DNA of 64,000 nt from a virus: positions 26,929-90,928 of IMG/VR virus record IMGVR_UViG_3300020045_001434. One strand, written 5' to 3'. Under the pieces are notes generated by a model that was given only the letters and a program-made list of their open reading frames with translations, searched no databases and was not told the DNA's origin. Position numbers and translations under genes: made by a program. Position 1 is the stretch's first letter; every line of letters starts with the position of its first letter. Shown one piece after another: positions 40,543-51,498 of this stretch.

Positions 40543-42953
40543 TATCCTACTATTAAATAAATTGTTGAAGTATTGATAGTTCCTGCATTTACTAATGCTG
40601 TATGTCCAGCTTGAGTAATTTGTACAGTATAAAATCCATTAGATTTACCAATATAGTTAGTTGCATTAATATCACCACCAACTCCAATACCACCACTAAC
40701 AACCAATGCGCCAGTAGTAGATGAGGTTGATGCGGTTGTCTTTGTTATAACAATATCTCCACTAGGTTTGAAATACATATAATCACTAGTACCATAAACC
40801 CCCAATAATAAATATCCATCACTACGAGAATTTATTGACCAGTGCTTACCATTAGTAGCAGTATTTTGTAAACCTAAAATAGAATTAGTGGAATTAATTA
40901 TTTTTAGTATAGTTCCATCATCACTAATCAATGAATTTACCATACTACTGCCATTCCATTTTGGTAAATAGTTAGTGGATAAATTATTTGTTAGGTTTCC
41001 TGAATGATAAAGTTTTTTCCAAGTTGAGTAATTTGTGCCATCAGAATTTCTAAATGAGAAGTTAGAATCATCAATAGCAAATTGAAAATTTAATTCATTA
41101 CGATTTGACCTAGCCGATTGAAATTGTATAATTGAACCATAACTCATTCCAGATGGAGCATTAACCCAGCTGCCTATGTCTGAATAATTACTAATAACTC
41201 CTCCTCCAGTTATTGAATTTGCATTAAGCCCACTAACTGGCCTTATAGATGTAGCTTTATCTGAAAACTCAGCATTTAAATTTCCAACCATTGTAGTACT
41301 ATTCACAGTTAATGGGGCTGTTCCTGTTTCTACTGTTGATTGAAATTGAGTTGCATTAACTGTAGAAGCAAAAGTTGCTGCTCCTGAGCCACTAAAATAT
41401 AACTCATTTCTTCCATCTGATTCATTTCTTATTTGAAATCCAGTGTTACTTAATCCACTTATTACATTTGCAATAGAATATTGTTTCACGCCGATTTGAG
41501 AACCTTGAATATATATTATTCCAGAACTTCCAATTTGATTATTAGCATGAATTTCATAAAACGAAGCAGCATTAGTAGTGGATAATCTTTGGTTTTCTAT
41601 AGGTTGAAAATCGCCAGTGTTATTATTAGCTGCACTACCAAATGTCCTTGTAGGTAGTGGAGTATAACCTAAAGCTGTAGTAACTTGAGTTTCATTTATA
41701 CCAGTAAGATAACCATAACTAGTCCAAGGTGTTCCAGTAACAAATAAACCATAATTACCTAAATCATTAGTAAATTGAGAAAGTAATGTAGGTTTAGAAG
41801 TTAGAGAATTATAACTTTTTTCAGATAAATCATTAAGATTATGATTATGATTACTTTGAGAAAATGTAGAATTATCAAATATTAATCCAGTACCATTCAT
41901 TTTTAGATAACCAGTACTAGTACCAACAATTAAATCTAAAATAGATTTATTATTATGGGTATGTGAATTAGTTATTAAAGATGCGCCATTAGTGCTTATC
42001 CAATTAGTATTACTATCGTAAATAGTTTTTAATTCAGCAGTAAATATAGAAGTTATAGAATCTAATTTAGCTTTTAAAGTATCTGTAAATCTATTTACAT
42101 CAGCAACACTTTCATAAGATGCTGCTATTTGACTAGATGTCATTAAAGAATTAAGTAAATCAGGGTCTGAAAGTTTTACATAATCAGCATTAGTTCCGGT
42201 AGTAATAGCTTTATATAAAGCCCACTTTGTATCACCATCATCTAATACAAAAATATTTGTAGGGAGTTTAGTAATATTAAAATTATTCCTAGCATCAATA
42301 TTTGCTACAGTAAATTCTGAATATCCACTAACATATAAATCATATAATTTTTTAAGAGTATCTCCGGCAGTACTTACACCACCTTTAAGAGTTGTTATTA
42401 ATGATGCAGCAACACCTTGCATTTCAGGAGTAAATCCTAGAGCTTGTTGTTTAGCATTCCAATATATTTTTTCAGCAGCAGTAACATAATTATCATCAGG
42501 ACCTCTTTTTACTTCGACATAAGTATTTAAATAAGTTTTAGTAACGTATTCTACTAATGAAGGTATTTCAGATTTAGTAGCATAAGTATTAATGATATTA
42601 TTACCATCTCTATCATTAGTAGAATTTAAAGCATAATCAACATGTTTAATTGCAGTATTACCATTTATAGATACATAATCGCTAGTTTTCATATAACTAG
42701 ATATATTTAGAACAGTATCTAAATTATCAATTATATTAGCATCTATATGTTTTCCATATTTAGGAGCTATAGTATTAGCTCCTGATACTAACCACTTGCT
42801 ACCATCTAATGATGCGACTAATCTCGGAGTACCATTATTAGCAGTAACATATATACCATTAAGTTCAGTATTATTTGGGTCTAATACAAAATGGATTCCT
42901 TCTAAATCATTAGGATATGATAATGGTAATCTAGCAAGTTTATTAAATATCAT
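40542..42953 (-). CDS. Tail fibre protein
   Basis: Mosaic fibre motifs (DTLKKLYD, HTHNNKSILD, HNHN, LSQFTND, VTTALGYTP, TGTAPLTVNSTT.V.NLNA, STTTGALVVSGGIGVGG); C-terminal TQAGHTAL...TIYLI. Confidence 0.85.
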   Translation of the reverse strand: MIFNKLARLPLSYPNDLEGIHFVLDPNNTELNGIYVTANNGTPRLVASLDGSKWLVSGANTIAPKYGKHIDANIIDNLDTVLNISSYMKTSDYVSINGNTAIKHVDYALNSTNDRDGNNIINTYATKSEIPSLVEYVTKTYLNTYVEVKRGPDDNYVTAAEKIYWNAKQQALGFTPEMQGVAASLITTLKGGVSTAGDTLKKLYDLYVSGYSEFTVANIDARNNFNITKLPTNIFVLDDGDTKWALYKAITTGTNADYVKLSDPDLLNSLMTSSQIAASYESVADVNRFTDTLKAKLDSITSIFTAELKTIYDSNTNWISTNGASLITNSHTHNNKSILDLIVGTSTGYLKMNGTGLIFDNSTFSQSNHNHNLNDLSEKSYNSLTSKPTLLSQFTNDLGNYGLFVTGTPWTSYGYLTGINETQVTTALGYTPLPTRTFGSAANNNTGDFQPIENQRLSTTNAASFYEIHANNQIGSSGIIYIQGSQIGVKQYSIANVISGLSNTGFQIRNESDGRNELYFSGSGAATFASTVNATQFQSTVETGTAPLTVNSTTMVGNLNAEFSDKATSIRPVSGLNANSITGGGVISNYSDIGSWVNAPSGMSYGSIIQFQSARSNRNELNFQFAIDDSNFSFRNSDGTNYSTWKKLYHSGNLTNNLSTNYLPKWNGSSMVNSLISDDGTILKIINSTNSILGLQNTATNGKHWSINSRSDGYLLLGVYGTSDYMYFKPSGDIVITKTTASTSSTTGALVVSGGIGVGGDINATNYIGKSNGFYTVQITQAGHTALVNAGTINTSTIYLIVG

Positions 42954-42984
42954 ATTAAGAAGTTTTAGAATATATAAGTAATAG

Positions 42985-43023
42985 ATAAATAGGTATCTAA
43001 TAAATTATTAAATACCTATTTAT
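42985..43023 (-). terminator. Hairpin/terminator after the capsid operon
   Basis: ATAAATAGGTAT / ATACCTATTTAT stem just after the 43028 stop. Confidence 0.65.
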
Positions 43024-43027
43024 AAAA

Positions 43028-43945
43028 TTATGCTCCTACTATAATAGATGGAGATGCTTTAAGGTCTACTAAGAAAGCTAAGATAACATCATATACAGCC
43101 GCTTTAGCACTATGAGGAATATAAATGTCTAGAGTCTTAACAAAACCAGCAGAATTAGGAAGTAATTTTCTTTGACCAATAGTATTTTGAGTTTCAATAG
43201 TAATAATGTCATATGCTGTTTCAGTAGGGTCAGCAATAAAATTACTGTTAGCATACATATCATTATCCATTTCTGTAGCCATAATGTAACCACTATTAGC
43301 AGCTAATTCACGTTCAAATTTTACAGCATCTGCACCGGTAACAGCTAAACTAGAACCATTAACTTTAGTAAGAACCCACCAACGTAAATCTCCTACTAAG
43401 TCAATACGATAAAGTGTATCATTTAAAGTATATATTGAAGATGTTTCAGCAGTATGTGCTACACTAGCAAAAGCTTTACCTACACCAATTAAAGTCGCCA
43501 TAGCAGTTTTAAATGCAGCTTTAACTTCAACAACTGTAACTACGGTACTAGCTCCAATAACTTCAACATTTACAATATCTACAGTATTGAAAACATTTTT
43601 ATCTTTATCAAATTTCTTAACTATAATACCACCTTGAAATTGATTTGTAAATGAATCTACTCTAGCATTACCAGTTGGATAAGTGATAGAATATGTTGGT
43701 ACTACATTAGTAGCTGAACCACTAAGTTGACTACGAACATTAAATTCATAAGGATTTAATTGGAAGTTCTTAGTAGAACCATTGCCTAAAGAATTTACAA
43801 ATACAAATGGAGCTTCTGTACTAGGACTTTGTGGAGTAACCAAAAAATCACATGCAGTTCCATTAGGATTGATTAAACCTAAAGCTCCTTTAGCAGTAGG
43901 ATTTAATGCGGTAACCAAAGAATTGGCAATCATCATTGTTCTCAT
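43028..43945 (-). CDS. Virion structural protein (auxiliary capsid protein-like)
   Basis: Ala/Thr/Val-rich beta protein downstream of the MCP, with high-expression-type codons; synteny. Confidence 0.5.
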   Translation of the reverse strand: MRTMMIANSLVTALNPTAKGALGLINPNGTACDFLVTPQSPSTEAPFVFVNSLGNGSTKNFQLNPYEFNVRSQLSGSATNVVPTYSITYPTGNARVDSFTNQFQGGIIVKKFDKDKNVFNTVDIVNVEVIGASTVVTVVEVKAAFKTAMATLIGVGKAFASVAHTAETSSIYTLNDTLYRIDLVGDLRWWVLTKVNGSSLAVTGADAVKFERELAANSGYIMATEMDNDMYANSNFIADPTETAYDIITIETQNTIGQRKLLPNSAGFVKTLDIYIPHSAKAAVYDVILAFLVDLKASPSIIVGA

Positions 43946-43956
43946 ATAAATATGTT

Positions 43957-45006
43957 TTAATTATTTTGTTGTTCTTTTTGAGAATTAATTTTAAAAGTTT
44001 CATCTTTAAGAATACCACTTAAATTAGTAGTAGCCATATCAAGAATTTCATCTGTAATTTCTACATCTGTCATTTGATTAATTCGACTATCTATTAATCT
44101 AGGATATTTAATATACTCTAAAACTACATTAGTAAAAGCAAATGTAGAATCAGTTCTAAGAGAAACTTTATTACCTTGTATAATACAAGTAGGGTTTAAA
44201 TGATTGTTCTTTGAAAGAAAATAATCATTATTTATATTATTATTATTTTGAGAAGATATTAAATCTATTTTTTTGTTATTATAACAAACATATAATAATG
44301 TATCAGTTATAGGTTTAAAAACATATTTAGATATTATAGTATTACTTACAGATACATTTGTAGATGCTTCTTTTAAACAAGCTACTATCTTTTTATTTAT
44401 ATCTCTAGTAATAAATATTAAACTTTTAGGATAATATTCATTATTATAATTTTCATAATAAGTATCTATATTATATTTAGATTTAAAATACTCTTTAATA
44501 ACATTAAAATAGTAAAATGAACTTTTATCAGATTTAGATAATTGTCCAAATATTGGAACTCTAACATGAGTAGTATCTGTAAAAGTATAATCTATTATAG
44601 TACCATCAAAAACTATAGTACTAAAATCTATAATAGTTTTATATTCTGACTCAGATAAAGTTTCTTTAAGCAAACCTTTTCTATTATATTGAATATTACC
44701 TTTAGAAGTTATATAATGTAAATAGTCTGATGGTAAATTATAAAACTGTTCCCCATTACTAACATACACAAGTGGATTAAGTTCTCGTTTTAGTGATTTT
44801 AAATCATCATATCTTTTTATAGATTCTTCAAATCCTTCTTGTTTACTATTTAGTTTAGGGGAACATCTTTGTTTTACTATAGTAAGCAAAGCATCGTTAC
44901 ATGCCATATCATACTGTTCAGGTCTGATTGATTGCTTACGATTACTATTTAATTGTTGTAGTCGAGCATCTAAAGCTATGTGCAATGAATTTACAGTACT
45001 ATACAT
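43957..45006 (-). CDS. Head-tail ring/connector protein (crAss conserved)
   Basis: LQQLNSN...PEQYDMACN...GFEESIKRYDDLKSL...LPSDYLHY...YIKYP...EILDMA pattern. Confidence 0.65.
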   Translation of the reverse strand: MYSTVNSLHIALDARLQQLNSNRKQSIRPEQYDMACNDALLTIVKQRCSPKLNSKQEGFEESIKRYDDLKSLKRELNPLVYVSNGEQFYNLPSDYLHYITSKGNIQYNRKGLLKETLSESEYKTIIDFSTIVFDGTIIDYTFTDTTHVRVPIFGQLSKSDKSSFYYFNVIKEYFKSKYNIDTYYENYNNEYYPKSLIFITRDINKKIVACLKEASTNVSVSNTIISKYVFKPITDTLLYVCYNNKKIDLISSQNNNNINNDYFLSKNNHLNPTCIIQGNKVSLRTDSTFAFTNVVLEYIKYPRLIDSRINQMTDVEITDEILDMATTNLSGILKDETFKINSQKEQQNN

Positions 45007-45012
45007 AATTCA

Positions 45013-46053
45013 TTATTTTCTTAAAGATTTATATTGATTTAAGTATTTAGTGACTTCTGCTTTATTTAAAGGATTATTAAAAAACTTTACAGTATCTAAT
45101 AAATCTCTACCTAATATATTAGATGTATTTGCAGTTTCCACAATTTCATTGTTATCACTAATTCTAAGAATACCTTGATTGATATATTTCTTAATCTGAG
45201 ATTGAACTTTTAAATCTTTATCTTCTGCAATAGCTAAGAAATCAGCAGAGTGTTCTTTAGCATATCTAAATACAGCAAGATAAGTATCTTCAAAATTATC
45301 ATCTGATTCATCCATTTCATCAAATGTAAGTACATTCTTAATTATACAAATGCTACTAATCAAATCTTCACCACCATCTTGTAATTTTAAAGTATTAAGT
45401 TTATTAATAGCTTCAAGTTCTAATTTAGCAGAAGTCATTTCTCTACCTTTAGAAATCTTTTCATCATATAAGAAAAATCTAATATTAGGAGATTTATTAA
45501 TATCATCAGTAGTATTAGATACAGAAGATGAATTAACAGCGATAACCCAATACAAATAATCTTGATGATTATCAAATTTAAAATATTGGTGATAGTCAAT
45601 AGGAGTAATAGCCATATTAGCAAGAATATGATTTACTATATCTTTGTCACTATTAATAACTTTTTTAGGTTTCGATTCTTTATCAGTAGGTTCTATGATA
45701 GTATATTGTTTATAATCTTCAATATATTTATCAATAAAAGGTTTATGTACTAAACTCTCTCTGTCAAAAGTACGATTTAAATCTAGGTTTAAACCAGTAG
45801 CCGGAATAGCTATTTGTTTAGAAGATATAAAATTATACTTTTGTTGTTCCCATTCAGAGTTATTTTTATTATTACCAATAATTAATGGAAGAATAAAATC
45901 ACAAAAAGTTTCATGAGCAAGGATACTATTAGCAACATTGCTAACAGTTCCTAATGCTCTAGATTGAGTTGCATAAGCTGCCTTATTGATTGTTTCAAAA
46001 ACAGATGTAGCTAACTTAAATTTTATAGTGAGTTTTTTATTTACACGTAACAT
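45013..46053 (-). CDS. Conserved crAss-like protein immediately downstream of the MCP
   Basis: Synteny; C-terminal 'LG..LLDTVKFFNNPLN' motif. Confidence 0.55.
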   Translation of the reverse strand: MLRVNKKLTIKFKLATSVFETINKAAYATQSRALGTVSNVANSILAHETFCDFILPLIIGNNKNNSEWEQQKYNFISSKQIAIPATGLNLDLNRTFDRESLVHKPFIDKYIEDYKQYTIIEPTDKESKPKKVINSDKDIVNHILANMAITPIDYHQYFKFDNHQDYLYWVIAVNSSSVSNTTDDINKSPNIRFFLYDEKISKGREMTSAKLELEAINKLNTLKLQDGGEDLISSICIIKNVLTFDEMDESDDNFEDTYLAVFRYAKEHSADFLAIAEDKDLKVQSQIKKYINQGILRISDNNEIVETANTSNILGRDLLDTVKFFNNPLNKAEVTKYLNQYKSLRK

Positions 46054-46095
46054 ATTTTAAATATTTAGTTTATTATTACTTTATTATTTATTTTC

Positions 46096-47592
46096 TTATT
46101 TGCGATACATAGCAAATGAAGTAGTAGGATTAAGCATATTAATACCTTGAGAGCAAATAACTTCATAAGTAGCAATATCTTTAGTAGTACCTAAAAGATT
46201 TCCAGCACTAGCACCCCATTCAGCAGGTAGAGGAGACATACCTTTATAAATACCTACTTGAAATTCACGACCTTCTTCATATACAAGTTGAATGTTACGA
46301 GTATCCCCAAGAGTATCATCTGATACAGTAGAGTGGTCAAGACAAATAGCACTAAATGAATCAGCAGGTAAACCATCAATAGTATTACCATTTTTCTTTT
46401 GCATTTCAGCAAGAGAACCTTCATCAAACATGTTTACTTGTTTAATAGTAAAAATAGTACCATCTTGAAGTTTATACTGATTAAAGTAAGAGCCATAACG
46501 AAGATAACCATTAGTACCATCACCAATAACTTTTTCACCTAATGCTTGGAAATAGTTATTAAATTTAGCATCACGTTCTAAAGATTTAGAAAATTCACGA
46601 GTAAATCCTTTACCACAATAAAGAATCTTTTCACCAACACTATCACCAATACGATTAGCATTAACGTGGTCATGAATCATATCTAACAAATTCTTAGTAA
46701 AGTTAGAATAATCAAAATCATTACCCGCAGCAGAAATTTGTTCTAGAACACCAGCACCACGTGGAATAGGCTCATTTGATTCAGGGTCTTTAAGAGTAAT
46801 AACTCCATTAGCATCACGATTATATTGAGAACGCCATAAATCTTCTTCAAGAAGTTGTTTACGTTGAATTTCCCATTTCTTCATTTGATAAGGAATCCAT
46901 TTCTTAGTTTTAGTCATATTACCATTTTCATCCTTAACATCAAACTCAACGTCTAATACTTTGTTAGAGATATTACCAGCAATATTTTGAGAAAAACGAT
47001 GGAAACCAAATTGATTAGTAGCTTCATTAAAACTAGATTTGTTATCACGAGTACCATCAGATTTAGAAGCAGCAATAGTAGTAGTAGCTAATGCCCAGAA
47101 GATTCCAGCAGCAAAGTTAGTAGCAGGAATACCACGACCAGTTTGAGAAACCCATGTGTAAGTAAATGTACCACGACCAGTATTTTTACCTTCACTTTGA
47201 ATACGAACTAATGATTTACCATCAGGAGCAAGAGCACCATATTGGTATGGAAACCAGTTATCTTCCATTTCTACAATAATTGCTGCACCATTAGCACCAA
47301 CCATTCCATTACCATCAGCTGTAGAAATAAGTCGTCTAACCTGAGAAGTTAGTTTATCACGACCCATAATTTTCCATTTATACTGAGTATCAGCACCACC
47401 TAAAGCACGTTTATTGATACTAGACATTTGTCCCTCAGTCATAGTAAGAAGTGGAAACTTATCACTATCTCTACCCCACAAATAAGTAAACGCCTGATTA
47501 AGTTGTGGCGCACTCATAAGTTTAAAATTAAGTAACGTATTTTCATCATGATAAGTTGATGAATCATACTGTACTGAACCGATTTCTCTCAT
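46096..47592 (-). CDS. Major capsid protein
   Basis: 498 aa; KFPLLTMTEG, SQYNRDANG..PIPRGAGVLEQI, YGSYFNQY, NMFDEG; follows portal and scaffold genes; high-expression codon bias. Confidence 0.85.
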   Translation of the reverse strand: MREIGSVQYDSSTYHDENTLLNFKLMSAPQLNQAFTYLWGRDSDKFPLLTMTEGQMSSINKRALGGADTQYKWKIMGRDKLTSQVRRLISTADGNGMVGANGAAIIVEMEDNWFPYQYGALAPDGKSLVRIQSEGKNTGRGTFTYTWVSQTGRGIPATNFAAGIFWALATTTIAASKSDGTRDNKSSFNEATNQFGFHRFSQNIAGNISNKVLDVEFDVKDENGNMTKTKKWIPYQMKKWEIQRKQLLEEDLWRSQYNRDANGVITLKDPESNEPIPRGAGVLEQISAAGNDFDYSNFTKNLLDMIHDHVNANRIGDSVGEKILYCGKGFTREFSKSLERDAKFNNYFQALGEKVIGDGTNGYLRYGSYFNQYKLQDGTIFTIKQVNMFDEGSLAEMQKKNGNTIDGLPADSFSAICLDHSTVSDDTLGDTRNIQLVYEEGREFQVGIYKGMSPLPAEWGASAGNLLGTTKDIATYEVICSQGINMLNPTTSFAMYRK

Positions 47593-47616
47593 AATTGTAA
47601 TTGTTTAATTGTTTGT

Positions 47617-48936
47617 TTATTTAATAACTATTTGTGCTTTACCAGTAGCTAATTGTTCATCTATAGATTTACCTGAACTAGCTTGTTGACTACTCTTAAG
47701 AGTTCGTACTATTTTTTGACTATCCTTAAGTCTAATAACATTACGCATAACTTTTTCAAGACTAGTCAAATCTCCACCAGTTAAGTTTTTGATTCCTTGA
47801 ATAAGAAAATTATCTGTTTCAGACATTCTCTTTTGTTCATCAATTTGAGCTTGACTAAGATAACTGCCATTAGATTCAGCTATAGGTTTATAAAAATATT
47901 CAAAGATTTGATTACGGGAAATATTTTCTTTTTTACCATCTCTTTCAATAATTAAACCAGTAGAAGGAATCATAATATTATTAATTTTTCCTTCCTTTAC
48001 AATTTTATCATAAAGTGAACCTTTAATTCCTTTATCAATAATATTACCTTTAGCATCATAACCTACTCCATAATATGTTTCAGCTTCTTTAATAGCTTCC
48101 AATTCTTGTTCTCTCAGTAATTGAGCACCTTTAGAATCATTATCTAATTGGAGTTGCTTAAGTTTATTTAATGAATTTAAAGCATCTTGATTTAGAGTTT
48201 CTTCATTCTCAGAGAGTCTAACAAATCTATCTGCATCAGCTTCACTATTACCTACAGCAACATAATAATCTTTAATAATTTGTTTTAGATTATCAGAAGA
48301 CATATCTTCTGTTATAACTAATGTTTTGTAATCCGTTTGTTTAGTAAAATTATCTAACGAACCATGTTTAGATTTATAAGAATACATTTCAAATAAATCA
48401 GGATTGTTTTGAAATATAGAATTAAGAGCTTCATCTTTACCTTTAGCAAAATAAATATCTCTAACTGCTATTTCTCTTTCAGCTAATCCTTCAACACCAT
48501 CTTTAAATACTAATGGTTTACCATCTTCTCCTAATAATTCTAAACCTGATACTTGAGATATAGATTCATGAATATTAATTAGTGAGTTATCAGTATTGTC
48601 ATTATTATCATCAGAATCTAATTGGTCTGCTGTATAAACAATTTTACCATCCTTAGTGGCATTACCATTTTCATCTAATATAAAATCTACAAGTCCATCA
48701 GGAGTTTCAATAGATACTATATTATCAGTGCTATTGACAGGAATAATATCAGTTTTAATTTCAGTAGACTCGTCAGTTTTAATTTCAGTTTTAATTTCAG
48801 TTTCAGGGACAATTTGTTCAGTTGGAACATCATTTGTAGGAATAACTTGTTTGTCAATAACTACAGAAAATCCACCTTTAGGTTGACCATTATCTCCTAG
48901 CTCTTCTTGCAACATAAATGTTTTTGGAAATCTCAT
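47617..48936 (-). CDS. Acidic scaffold-like protein
   Basis: Acidic, low-complexity N-terminus; lies between portal and MCP. Confidence 0.6.
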   Translation of the reverse strand: MRFPKTFMLQEELGDNGQPKGGFSVVIDKQVIPTNDVPTEQIVPETEIKTEIKTDESTEIKTDIIPVNSTDNIVSIETPDGLVDFILDENGNATKDGKIVYTADQLDSDDNNDNTDNSLINIHESISQVSGLELLGEDGKPLVFKDGVEGLAEREIAVRDIYFAKGKDEALNSIFQNNPDLFEMYSYKSKHGSLDNFTKQTDYKTLVITEDMSSDNLKQIIKDYYVAVGNSEADADRFVRLSENEETLNQDALNSLNKLKQLQLDNDSKGAQLLREQELEAIKEAETYYGVGYDAKGNIIDKGIKGSLYDKIVKEGKINNIMIPSTGLIIERDGKKENISRNQIFEYFYKPIAESNGSYLSQAQIDEQKRMSETDNFLIQGIKNLTGGDLTSLEKVMRNVIRLKDSQKIVRTLKSSQQASSGKSIDEQLATGKAQIVIK

Positions 48937-48965
48937 ATTCTACTTTATTTAATAGTTTAATAATA

Positions 48966-48973
48966 CAAATGTA
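48966..48973 (-). promoter_or_regulatory. Bacteroidota sigma-A-type -7 element upstream of the scaffold/MCP operon
   Basis: TACATTTG on the minus strand 30 bp upstream of the 48936 start, with a TTG ~20 bp further upstream. Confidence 0.6.
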
Positions 48974-49036
48974 ATAATTTATTTTGGTATGACAATATAT
49001 ATAATAGTATATTTTATCAGTATTTGAAAAATATTA

Positions 49037-49075
49037 TAAGTAATAGAATTAAAAGTACATTAATCCTATTACTTA
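49037..49075 (-). terminator. Hairpin/terminator after the portal gene
   Basis: TAAGTAATAG / CTATTACTTA stem, followed by a T-rich tract on the minus strand. Confidence 0.6.
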
Positions 49076-49083
49076 GAAATTAG

Positions 49084-51495
49084 TTATTTAGCAATATTAG
49101 ATTTAGAAATATCATTTTGAACTTTCTTAGCTTTAAGAGCATATTCTTTATATTTTAAATCCATTTGCATTTGTTTATATTTAGCATCTAATAGACCATT
49201 ACCAACTTCTTCTTCATTAGATATATATCCATCAGCATTAGTGTCAATAGCTAAACGTTTATCCCAAACTAATAATTGTGTTTCTTGGTCAACTAATGCT
49301 TTTTGAAGCATACCATCATTAGTAAGTTGAATTTCTTTAAGTTTATTATCAGCTTTGAATTGTTCAGTTTGTTGCTTAGTTTGTTCAATTTGTAATGCTG
49401 ATTGTTGTTCAATTTGAGCCATTTGTTCCTTATATATCTTATTAGCCTTAGATACCTTTAATATCTTACCTCTAAGCGACTGTAAGTTATCATTTAGAAT
49501 AGCTTCTGTAGCCATTTCAAACTCTCCATTCTGAGCAGCACTAAAAGCAACTTCTTTCATAGCCTTAAGTTTTTCATCTAATAATCTACTATTCCCAACA
49601 TTGATGCCTATATTCAAGCTCATATGCTCCATAGGGTCAACTGCAACGGTGTTATGCGCTCCAGTAGATTCATCTATAAATGAACCTTGTTTACCTTCAC
49701 TCCAAGCAACTTTAGAAGTATCATAATTAGCAAGATAATCTTTAGCTCTAAAAAGATTAAACATTTCTAATGACCAGTTGGATGATATAGTAGCTTGTTC
49801 CATACTATTTTCAGTAACACTTTTACCTTGATAACCTGGTTGACTACCCATACGACTAGGTGTCATATTAGATACTTCCCAAGCATCTTGTTTAAGTGTT
49901 CCTAATAGATTCATTAATGTAGATACAAAATTAAAAGTTGCTGTAGTAGCAATCTCTCTCATACTTTGTACCGCATTAGGATTGACTTGACCATCATTAA
50001 ATGCTAATATAGAACTAGCTTCCATATGAGAAAGTCTTTGTTCAATTGACATATTAGCATCATCAGTAAGAAAACTTTGAGGTATAAGTAATATACTTTT
50101 CCATTTCTGAATAGCTTTCTCAATTTGATAATGATATATTCTAGCTAATGCCATATAAGTATTAACTCTATATGGGATAGGTTTCTTTTCACTATCTCTA
50201 TGAATACTACTTAATCCATTATAAGGAGATTTACAAATATTCAAATTAGTAAACTTTTCTCTTTGAGTATCTATTGGTCTAAATTTAGTATATATAGCTT
50301 GAGCTTCATTAGATGTTCCTTGACCATAACCAATAATTTCTCCTTGCCACATTTCTTGAATCCAATCATATTTAATAGATATATCTCCACCATCAGTATC
50401 TAATATATAATCTCCAGCAACAACTGTTTCTTGAGTACTACCATCAAGAGCAAGAAATGTAAGATATCCAACTTTTACTTCAGTCTTAGCAACATAATGT
50501 ACTAATGAAATATTATCAGGATTATTAAAACCACTGTTATTAATAAAATCACTATTGATAACATTTTGATTATCTAAATAATCACTAGGAGACATACCAT
50601 TTTCAATACATCGACTCTTTAATAAATTAATTCTAACATCAGGATTTAAATCACTTCTAGTTATTGTATGTAAATAATCTCTATCTTTATCAGTTAGAAA
50701 TTCATCATACATATCTAATATAGTATATAAACTTCTACTAAATATTCTAACACCATAATCATCATCCTCAACATAAGTATTACTACTAGGGATTCTATAA
50801 TATTCTAATGGGGAAACAACTTCAAATAAAACATCATTTTTATGAACTTGTCTATAAGTATAAACTTCTTCACATGCCCACCAATAATAATATGCTTGAT
50901 TATATTTTACTTTAGCATCAATAACACTATTTAAAAGATTCAATCTTAGCTGAGCAGATGTAGCACGTTCATCATTCCATTCGCTAATATACTCATCTAA
51001 CATTGCTTCAATCTCAGGAACTTGTTTAGTTTCCTGACCAGTATCCATTGTCTTATTAAGTTCATTAATAAGTTTTTGACCCATAACTTCTAATACTTTA
51101 TTACCAAAAGTTTTATTTCTAAGGAATACTGTATCAGGATCATCAGTATATACTTGATAATTATTATAACTAGATATAAACTCTCCTAGATAATGGTCTT
51201 TAATAGGTTGTAGAAAATCTATCTCTCTAAGATTTTCAATAAGTTTTTCTTTTTTAATTTCATTTTCAGATATACCATGAGTTTTTAAAACATACTCATA
51301 CATTTTTTTATCAACTTTACCATTAGCCATATCTAAGAAAGTTCTAACCTTAGATTTGTCATTACATCCTACAGCTAGATTAACTACATAAGTAGCCATT
51401 TGTCTAGTCCAATCTTTAGTTTGTTTCTCTTTAGTAGAAACTCGTTGATTAGGTAATGTAGCTTTACCTAGTTTATCAGTTAACCCTATAGCCAT
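49084..51495 (-). CDS. Portal protein
   Basis: 803 aa directly after TerL; LPNQRVS..EK, WIQEMWQGE, KSPYNG, MTPSRMG motifs; C-terminal coiled coil. Confidence 0.85.
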   Translation of the reverse strand: MAIGLTDKLGKATLPNQRVSTKEKQTKDWTRQMATYVVNLAVGCNDKSKVRTFLDMANGKVDKKMYEYVLKTHGISENEIKKEKLIENLREIDFLQPIKDHYLGEFISSYNNYQVYTDDPDTVFLRNKTFGNKVLEVMGQKLINELNKTMDTGQETKQVPEIEAMLDEYISEWNDERATSAQLRLNLLNSVIDAKVKYNQAYYYWWACEEVYTYRQVHKNDVLFEVVSPLEYYRIPSSNTYVEDDDYGVRIFSRSLYTILDMYDEFLTDKDRDYLHTITRSDLNPDVRINLLKSRCIENGMSPSDYLDNQNVINSDFINNSGFNNPDNISLVHYVAKTEVKVGYLTFLALDGSTQETVVAGDYILDTDGGDISIKYDWIQEMWQGEIIGYGQGTSNEAQAIYTKFRPIDTQREKFTNLNICKSPYNGLSSIHRDSEKKPIPYRVNTYMALARIYHYQIEKAIQKWKSILLIPQSFLTDDANMSIEQRLSHMEASSILAFNDGQVNPNAVQSMREIATTATFNFVSTLMNLLGTLKQDAWEVSNMTPSRMGSQPGYQGKSVTENSMEQATISSNWSLEMFNLFRAKDYLANYDTSKVAWSEGKQGSFIDESTGAHNTVAVDPMEHMSLNIGINVGNSRLLDEKLKAMKEVAFSAAQNGEFEMATEAILNDNLQSLRGKILKVSKANKIYKEQMAQIEQQSALQIEQTKQQTEQFKADNKLKEIQLTNDGMLQKALVDQETQLLVWDKRLAIDTNADGYISNEEEVGNGLLDAKYKQMQMDLKYKEYALKAKKVQNDISKSNIAK

Positions 51496-51498
51496 AAA

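Noticed and set aside
43032-43041. Sixth copy of the 30-bp motif (TAGTAGGAGC on the minus strand)
   Set aside because: Only 10 bp match, explained by the Ile-Val-Gly-Ala codons; the AGGG and ATTCG parts are absent.
48749-48803. Short TCAGTTTTAATT repeats in the scaffold gene
   Set aside because: They encode an ordinary low-complexity EIKT linker.
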